Shown: piece after piece, positions 54,875 to 64,000 of the stretch
Position numbering within the stretch: position 1 is the first letter of the stretch
How the letters are laid out: each line of letters starts with the position of its first letter
Translations under genes and position numbers: made by a program
Notes under the pieces: generated by a model
Seen by the model: the letters and a program-made list of their open reading frames with translations, nothing else
Database searches by the model: none
Told to the model about the DNA's origin: nothing
DNA from: Paragordius varius
Taxonomy: Eukaryota > Animalia > Nematomorpha
Assembly (NCBI GenBank): GCA_964247055.1
Contig: OZ176057.1
Coordinates: 2,418,001 to 2,482,000 of the forward strand
Length of the DNA stretch: 64,000 nt
Reading direction: 5' to 3'

Positions 54875-55388
54875 CACTTCGATTATAAATACCCCAGACT
54901 ATATTTAAGTGAAATTTTTAATAAACTACTGAAAGAAACGGTCCCAATTTAAATTTATGCTTCTATCATAAGGAAAATTATATTAAAACGCCAAAATAAA
55001 GTTAATTTTTTTAAAAAAAATTCCGTATCAAACTACTTTATTAGACAATTTTTTGCAAAATATCGTGTTTTTTGAATTTTAGAGCTAAAATGAAAGTTAA
55101 TTTTTAATTTACTAACATCTAACATTTATAAAAACAGAAAAAGTGGTGAATTTTTATTATTTTTAAATTGAGCTATGCACACATGTCATGTTGACTAAAC
55201 TTTTATCTTTATCAAGTATTTTTGAATGAAAATATTTATATTTTCGGTTCATTAATGTTATAAATGCTTCTTTTGCCATGGTTTTAATTCATTCCATATT
55301 TTTGAATCATTTAATTTTAAACGGCCTGAAGTATCCAACTACCCCAATTTGAATCTAAGGACTAAAATGGATGTGTTGTATCCAAGTG
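54875..55388 (+). mobile_element. piggyBac-like MITE family F
   Basis: cacttcgatt start, AAGTG|TTAA end, collinear with 13108-13676. Confidence 0.82.
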
Positions 55389-56017
55389 TTAAAAAAGAAT
55401 TTAAATTATATTTATAATTTTGATAAATTAAACAATAAGCTTCTTTCAAAATATATCACTAAACACTAGTGCATACAAATTTTTAAATTAGATTGCAGTA
55501 CACCAAGTAATACCTGTAATAACCATGTATAAAAACCATCATAAAAGTTTGAGCCTATTAAAAAACATCAAATTATAAAGAAAAACACGATTTTTAACTA
55601 AAAATATTAAAAATGGCACCGTTCTATGAAAAAAAATTTATTAAAAAATATTAAATTAATAATATTGCCTTTTCATAAATTTTTTTGAAGGAGAAAGTAT
55701 TAAAATTGTGGCCGCTCATTCGGCTAGTTTTCTAAAAATTACTAGCCTGGATAGTTAGCCTAAATTATATCTGAGGTGTTAGCATAAAGCGCTTATTTTG
55801 CGATTTTATGTGGGACACATAGATGAGAATTTTTGCGTATATCCTTAAACTATAAATATTTACTTGCCTTATGCAATTTACTATTTATTGAAATGGTAGA
55901 ATTGATTTTAATCTAATTAATATGTATTATTTTTTTTATTAAATTATTCGCATAAAATAAATATATCAATTTTCAAAACAGCTCTTACATTTTTGTGATA
56001 AACTAGAGCTGCATCAT

Positions 56018-59000
56018 ATGTCAACTCAAACTGATTCCATTTTAAAACCACAATTTCAAACACAAGCCTCGATTCCTAAAAAATGCCCCTCCGATTTTAT
56101 ATTTTTAAAGATTGTAGGAGAAGGAAGCTTTTCAACAGTTTTAATTATTTTTTTATCTTACTTTTAGGTATACAAAGCAAGAGATGTCACCTCAAAACGT
56201 GTTTATGCAAGTATATTATATTTTCCTTCCATATGTATAATTATCGGACATCAAATAATTCTTTTAACTTTCATATATTTATCATTCGTTTAATTTATTT
56301 TTAAAATTGATTTTCTGTTCCATATGCCCTATGAAATTTTGTCAATTTATCTCCTAAATAAAATTATATAGTTTTTAAAATTGTGTTTTTTTTCAACAGT
56401 TAAAGTTATGGACAAACGTCACATATTAAAGTTTCGAAAGCAAACTAATGTTCGCCGTGAAAAGGAATGTTTACAATTATTAAACAAACATCCAAGTCCA
56501 TTTTTCGTGAAACTGTATGCCACTTTTCAGGACACTGAACGATTATGTACAATTTCTTTTTATTTTATATAATTTTCTATCCCAAATTGGTTATTTTTAG
56601 TTTAATTGAAATAATTTAAAAAGTATTACTTTTTTGACCGGCCTTTTTTGTCTCTTTTTACCTCATTTTTCGGGTAATACCACCATAATATTCAAATTAA
56701 CAATAGGATATTCTGCTAATAAAATCAAATTATTATATAGAAAAACATGTCGAAGGTTTTACATGCTTTTACATTATTTATTTACAAATGTTTAAAATTC
56801 TATTCACGCGTCATTTTTAATAAAAGATATATTTAAAATGTATTTTTATTTTCACCGATTACTTATGATGGTTGTAATGTAAATTTGATAATTTGTGATT
56901 TGTGTTACACACGTTAAATAATAATTTGAAATAAAAAAAATATTAATTTAAAATTTTTGGAGTTGGTGATATATCTTAAAATTTTAACATAATTTAAATT
57001 TTAAAAGATATATGGGTTAATAAAAAGTGATTTTTTTTATTTAAAATTTGGTATTAATTTTACAAAAAAATTTTTTTTGGAGGAAATTACACATCAAACC
57101 GCTAATACAGTAGCGTAAACAAATAAATGATGATAATAATATTGTATAATTTTTTGCGAAAAGAATTGGTAAAAACTGATTAAATTTAATTTTTTTAATG
57201 GTTGGCTCATTATAAGCCATAATAACAAACTAGTCAGTTTATAGAACGAATTCCTAACTTCAAACTCGTTTATAAATCGGCAGAGTGTTTAATGATCAGC
57301 ATAAGCTATTGATTTATAGATATGGTTTTTTTAAAAAATTATAATGAGGGGGTGGTCATGGGTTACTCCGAGACTTCCTGTGCGACCCGCCAAAAATTTA
57401 GTAATCCATAATTTGTAAAATTAGGCTCACAAAATGATAGTAAAATGATATTTTTTAAAATTTTTAAATAATTCAACTCAAATGACAGAAACTAGAAAAA
57501 ACTGTTAGATAGTGTCGGCATTTTACAGTTTACGTTTCTAATGTATTTGATTAAGAATCTTATATATATCAAATTGCGAAGACATTTGTGTTAAATAGGT
57601 TTTTTGATAATATATATGCCTTTGGTATTAAACTGGTAAAAATTAGCCAAAAGAGATAATAAAATATACACTGTTTTAAGTGTTAATATATTTATGTCAA
57701 AGCTTTTTTGTGTTGAGAGTTTATGTTAGTGCATAATATATGAAATTCCTATATACATGCAATTTATAAATATTTGTTTAAAAATATATTTATATATATC
57801 CTTTTGTTTTAGACATAGTTACAACCTATGCCCTTAGGGGTGAAATTTTGGCCTACTTAAATATTAGAGATATTTTTATTCCCAAAGATTTGCCACAAAA
57901 TGAAAATGATACGTCATCATCATCATCAACCAGTTATGATTCATTGCTAGTTTGTCGCTTTTACGCTCAACAATTAATTTTAGCCATAGAACATTTATAT
58001 CGCATTGGAATTATACATCGTGACATAAAACCTGAAAATATTTTGCTGGATGATCATTTTAACATACGACTCATTGATTTTGGTTCGGCCGCACTTGTGG
58101 ATAAAAAATCGTCTGCCCCACCAAACTTGGAAACTTTATCGGAAAAATCTTGTGTTTCAAATTCTTATCACACATCTCCGGGTTTTATTAAAAACAGCAA
58201 CAATAATTCTGCTCATGTATTATCAAATTCGGTAGGAGGACTCACAGAAATGAAAATCTCAAAATCTGCTAATGAACTTGAAACAATATCGAATGGTGAT
58301 GATATTCCCGTTGATAACTCCAACATTGGTTTAACTGCAAAACAGCCACAAATAACTTTAAAAGATGAAATCACAAACGAAACGCCTAACAATGCTCTGG
58401 ATGAAGAATTGAGTCACGAAACTCAACTTTTGAATTTGTCATCAAGGCTTCATATTAGTAGTATTACTACGACTACATCCAAACCTGATACACTGAAATC
58501 TGATGATTCGGGTTACAAGTCATCTGAAACTAAAACTGTTTTATCACACAACACTGCACATCTGTTTGAAAAACCATGTCACATTGATGGTAATTTAAAT
58601 AGTAGTGAAAATGCAAATACAAACAATAACCGTAACCATAACAATAATGAAAATATTCATTGTCAAGAGAACAAAAAGAATGTACGTCGAGGCTCGTTCG
58701 TAGGTACGGCACAGTATGTTAGCCCTGAAGTGCTGACCGGGAAAACTGTGGATTATATGTATGCATATTTTAAATTTCATTTTCGAATAATGAGATTATT
58801 TAAGAACATTTTTTAAAATTGAATACAGTTCGCTCCATGGCCCTTTAAAGAAAAACGGCCTATTATTTGCTGACCCATATTTAGTATTCTTTGTGATGAT
58901 AGGATAAACTATTTTTATTTTAATTAACAATCACAGTTAAATAGAAAATGTTAAATTTAATTTTTAGATGATTTTCGGCTTATTAGAGTTACATATGAAC

Positions 59001-62000
59001 GATTACTTGCATGATAACCAGCATAAAGAGTTTTATTATCGCTTTTATTTTCGAAATCGTTTTCAAAACAATGCATTCATTGTATTATTAATATCGAATT
59101 TTATTATAATTTAGGGTAGATATCTGGGCTTTTGGATGTGTTTTCTATCAATTTGTGACGGGTTACTTTCCATTTCATGCAAGGTATATAATTTTATATA
59201 AAATAATTCCTTATCTAATTTAAGTTAATTGTCTTAAGAATGCAATTTTATACTTATAAAAAGCTTGATTCAATTATGATTACAATATTTTAATAATATA
59301 TTATTCACACATTAAATTTTTTATTGAGATTTTAAATTCATCCTGAAAGTATTTTTTGTGCTTTTGGGCTAAATATGATTTTTTATGTGGCATATTCATC
59401 ATTTCTTTTTCTGTGTTATGTATATTTTAGACAAACTTTTATTTTTTAAAAATATTAAAAATATAGGTAAATTTTAATTGCTAAAAACCTAATTCATTTT
59501 TAGGGTTAATTTGAAATGTTTATGGATAAATTTGAAACGTTCGAGGAATTCAAATTGTTTTAAGGTGATCAGTTAAGTATATAATAAAGTGCTGCTTTTT
59601 AACAATAAATTAATATATATATATCCACATTATTTTTAGTAATGAATATCACATATTCCAAAAAATTATGAAATTACAATATGATATCCCCGAAAGTTTG
59701 GATGAAAGAGCACGTGATCTTATAGAACAAATTTTGGTATATTATAGATATCATTAAACTATATAATTTACAATATATACATTGCTATTTTTTTATTAAT
59801 TCCTGTCACATAACATATATATGTATAGCAAAAAGCATTTTTTTTTTGTTTTCTGAATCGATTTTTGTCCGTCAATATTTAAGAAAACAATATAGTAACT
59901 AACAACATCTATGCATTATAAACACGTTAATACAATATGCATTTTAATGGTTACTTATTTCACACAACACAGTAGTGAGTATGGAAAAAAAACAAAATGT
60001 TTAATATACAATTATTTACTTTCTTGTTCCTACATAAACTACTTTGTTGCAAATTACTTGCCCCTCTATGTAGTGTGTAATAAGCAACCATTAAAATGCA
60101 TACTGTATATTTTTAAACACACTCAACTGAACCTTTTATAACTGTTAAACCAAAAGTTTATATGTTCCTTTAAAATAATATTTATATGTTTTTAGAAAAT
60201 ACAACCGGAAGATAGATTAGGTTCGCCACAAAGGGGTGGTTTTCACACCCTTAAAGAACATGCCTTTTTCCGGAAACCTTTTGTCGAAACAATAATTGGC
60301 GGCCACGAAGGAGAACAAACTTTAAAAAATCAACCATCTAATTTATATTACTATGATTGGGATTTGTTAGCTACTGGTACATATTACATTTCACCCCTGG
60401 CAAACAGCTGTGCGGGCACACCAAAAACAGACGATAATACCGGTCCATATGTAACCGAGGAAGAAAGTGTGATTACAGATGTTGGATTAACGGATCGATC
60501 TTTGGGTCGACTTCATGGCTTGTTTAATAATTCGTTTGTCACAAGTTCATTTACCTCAAATATTTCCAATCACAATGAAAATAAAATTAATACTATTCAT
60601 CAAACAAGAAATTTTGCGGATACTAATCCAAAGAGTTTGAAAGATCTACACAAAGGTAAAGCATTTTTATTTCGGATAATGATTTTTTTCTGTAAATAAT
60701 TTAAATGTTTCTAACTGATTTTTAATTTTTGGACCTATTACCATGTGTTTTCTCGCAAAATATATACATTCCAAATCCAAATTATACACTTAGAAACTAA
60801 AAAATTAATTTCCTTAACAAAAAAAACATATTTTCCAAATACAGTATGAGTAAGTATTGATTTCTAGAAAGTTATTAATTATTGCCAAATAGCATATACA
60901 ACAAAGGGCAGTATTATTGGCTTTTTTCACCTATTACTATTGTCAGCCAATAATAATTCTCTTTGATTTTAGTATTTGGCAAGAACTAATAACTTACTAG
61001 AAATATATACTTACTCATACTGTATAACTCCACGTTTTGCTTTGCTAAACAAGAGAAATAGTAGTATAACTTACGTAGAAAAAGATCCAAGTTTTAAAAA
61101 ATATGGTTGATTTTATAAACATATTTGCCATTACTTGAGTTAATTTCAAATTTTACTCTATGTTGTGTGATCTAATAATATATAATTTTTCTGTTTAATT
61201 ATCACAAGAATCGGTTGTCACACATGAAAACAAAAATGTTACCAATACTAAACCAAATACGTTGCTGACACAAAAGAAAAATGATGGCGCTTTTTCACAA
61301 GCCAATGTATTATCCCCAACACAAAAAGTTTATTATAAATATACATTAATTTAAAACATTTACAATTAAAATTCACCCTAAAATAAATTATGTGTTGTCC
61401 GGCTAATATAACTCATTATGAATATGAAATATACTTTTTACGACATATTATTTTTTCAGCATTATATAAATTTTAAACAGTATTTCATATTTTTAAAAAT
61501 ATTATAAAATATAAAGGAAATTTTCAATCTTAAAAAACACATAATTTATTATAAGGTGAATTTGATTTGTTCAAGGGTAAATTTGAACTGTAAATGGTTT
61601 ATATGATTCATTTTTTAATCAAAATACATAAATTGAGTAATAATATTTGAGTAATATACTAATTTTACTATTTTTTCATTAATCCACACATTATAGAAAA
61701 AACTCAGTCTGGCTTTGGTTAACAAATATATGTTGCGAACACCAAAGAAAAAATTATCAGCTATTCTCTCCCTAAATCCTTATAAGAATTCTCCATCATC
61801 TCCAGGTAATTGTATTACAGTATGTATTTTAAAGGGGTTCAATTTGTAACACTACAGTAGTGTATGGAAAAAAACAACCAAATGTTGCATAAACAATTTA
61901 TGCCTTTCTTTTTTTCCATACACTCCTGTGTTGAAAATTACTCCCTACTATAGCAGTGTGAAATAAGTAACCATTAAAATGCATACTATTGTATATTTAG

Positions 62001-62459
62001 TTTTTTTATCATATAAATATTGAAAATGTAACTAAAGTTTTAATTTTTGTGAATTTGAAGATGTAGTATATTTTTAAGAAGGGCGGTAGTTTTATTATAA
62101 TTAATATCAAGGTTGTGAAATATAAATCGATCATAGGATAGGATGTATTGAAAGAAATAAAAATTTAAAAGTTGTGTTGTTTATTTTAAAATTGACAGTT
62201 ATTTTTGGGTTATGTTTATCGTTTTATTTATCAAATATACCATTTACATTTCAAATTCAACCTAAAAATAATTTATGTATTTTTTAGGCTTTAACTTCTT
62301 ATTAATATAAAATTTAGTTTGATGGCATAGTTTATTATTTTTTCAGTTATTTTAATTTTACACAAAATTTTATTTTTTCAATGTATAAAAAAATATAAGT
62401 AATTTTTAATTTAAAAAACACTTAATTTATTTTAGGGTGAATTTGGAATGTAAATGATT

Positions 62460-62528
<69 letters not shown>

Positions 62529-64000
62529 GAGAGAGAGAGAAATTTAAAAAAAATCCATTTAAATAAAAATGATTTTTATAAAATCTACTTAATTACAATT
62601 GTAAAATGTGAAGTTATACCAAATTTAATTCCCTATTCATTCTTATAGGCTATATCCCAAAAGATTAATTTCTATGGTTTTCTTGATATAATTTTAATTT
62701 TTACTTTTTTATTTTTTTAATTATATAACGTTTACTGTTTAATGAATGATGACACAATGTCCATCTAATATATTTATTTGTGAATTTGATATATAGGGTT
62801 AAAAATATGGTTTTATTAATAAACCTTTATGTTTTTTGTTTATATTATTTTTATGTTTTAAGTAAGTTTAATAATTATAATTATGACAATGTCTAAATAA
62901 GTATTATATTTATATCTGGATCTGATAGATTCTAAAAAAATATCAAAAGAAAAATTGAATGCAACCAAATCATCGCCAAGTTTAAAGGCCTTACATGTTT
63001 TGAAACGTCGCCATTCTCATCACAAAGGTAATGCCTGTTTTTGACTTTAATAATTAACTTTTTTATTTTTTAATATTTAAGTCTACATTCTATAAGAGAG
63101 TAATTTCTTGCAAATAAATAATATGTATTAAAAGATAACATTAAAATTTTAATATAACTTAATCAGTGCCTGTTTTTTTTGAAAAATAAATAATTTTGAC
63201 TTCGGTTCGAAACGGCCCTATAAAATATTATATAAAGTTTTATACTACTAGCCGTATAAAATTTATGAAAAGTTCAAAAACAACAATCAGACGATATATT
63301 ATTGTTAACCTTATTAGGATGTTATATATATATATATATATATATGTATACTTATTATTTAACAAAAAAACTATTTAATTTATAATTTTATTGCTCACCC
63401 CATATATTTACCATTTACAGTTTAAATTCACCCTTGAACAAATCAAATTTACCCTAAAAATTATATGTTATAAACTTATATAACTCATATTAGTATGAAA
63501 TATATCTTAATGGCATAGTTTATTATTTTCAGTATTATTTTTATTTAAAACAAAATTTTTATTTTTTTATATTAAAATATTGGTAATTTTTAATCTTAAA
63601 AAACATATATTTTAGTTGAGGGTAATTGTTTTACCGTGAATTTGAATTGTCCAAGGCTGAATTTGAATTGTTTAAGAATGAATTTGAATTGTTCAAGGGT
63701 GAATTTGAATCCTAAATGGTATAATACATATGATAAACAATTTTTTAGAAATATTTTAATTTTGATAACTGACTTTAGTTTTAATATATATTATATGTAT
63801 ATATATAGTGGAAACGCCTGAAAACAGTAACTGCTCTATGAATGAACAAAAGACAAATTCCTCAAACATTCTTATATCACCTAATGACAATCTTGAACTC
63901 ATAAATGAAAATGGACACCCTAAAACTCATGATTTAAACCCTAAAACTCATAATAACAATAATAATAATCATCAAAATCAAAGATGTTCCAGTATAACAT
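56018..64000 (+). CDS. PDPK1: 3-phosphoinositide-dependent protein kinase 1, 3'-partial
   Basis: Exons 56018(acceptor 56007)-56137, 56168-56210, 56400-56546, 57813-58758, 59115-59183, 59640-59736, 60196-60655, 61209-61306 (or 61327), 61697-61805, 62929-63027, 63809-end, all in phase. Motifs KKCPSDFIFLKIVGEGSFST, YAIK, PFFVKLYATFQD, HRDIKPEN, DFG, SFVGTAQYVSPE, NEYHIFQKI. PH domain not reached in the window; an upstream coding exon is possible. Confidence 0.93.
60842..61022. mobile_element. Tc1/mariner-like MITE family I
   Basis: TA|CAGTATGAGTAAGTAT...ATACTTACTCATACTG|TA; related degenerate sequence at about 10240-10510. Confidence 0.8.
61357..61597. mobile_element. MITE family A copy in PDK1 intron
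   Basis: cattta...gaactgtaaatgg termini with family core; a partial copy is also present at about 59400-59570. Confidence 0.8.
62240..62456. mobile_element. MITE family A copy (arrays collapsed)
   Basis: ccatttacatttcaaattc...gaatgtaaatg, followed by long (TA)n. Confidence 0.78.
62466..62540. repeat. (TA)n then (GA)n microsatellite
   Basis: Direct reading; other long (TA)n runs near 1055, 9017, 24826, 38153 and 53972. Confidence 0.95.
63411..63719. mobile_element. MITE family A copy in PDK1 intron
   Basis: ccatttacag...taaatgg termini with 21-bp arrays; source of the periodic ORF 63636-63821. Confidence 0.85.

Noticed and set aside
63917-63951. Telomere-like CCCTAAA repeats
   Set aside because: Only two copies, in frame within a PDK1 exon.
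1-64000. Remaining 60-100-aa ORFs rich in I/F/K/Y/N, and naming the species
   Set aside because: Such ORFs are expected by chance at this AT content with TTG/GTG starts allowed; gene content shows only that this is an AT-rich animal.

Overview
Very AT-rich (roughly 75-80% by eye) animal genomic DNA with spliceosomal GT-AG introns; the species cannot be identified from sequence alone. I built five multi-exon gene models by hand, all phase-consistent: SGF29 (5'-partial, +, ends 7120), unkempt/UNK (+, 28207-40141, 17 exons, about 1278 aa), PDK1/PDPK1 (+, from about 56018, 3'-partial), and a pair of about 95% identical four-transmembrane genes (-, 20322-24008; +, 45679-50841). That pair lies in an inverted duplication around unk and appears in the ORF track only as fragments. 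There is also a candidate small secreted-peptide ORF at 53007-53237. All three conserved genes carry very large Asn/Ser/Thr-rich insertions: inside Tudor 1 of SGF29, in the PDK1 activation segment, and between the UNK zinc-finger clusters. Introns and intergenic DNA are packed with non-autonomous DNA transposons: about 16 copies of a MITE with 21-bp arrays, piggyBac-like TTAA MITEs, Tc1-like hairpin MITEs, hAT MITEs, Helitrons, two decayed hAT transposase elements (one split by an inversion), and an unclassified GGGT-ended element sitting at rearrangement junctions. Splicing oddities include a 30-nt intron and an intron built from four consecutive GT..AG units. No tRNA, rRNA or CRISPR array was seen. 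All homology calls come from motifs I recognise by eye, not from database searches.
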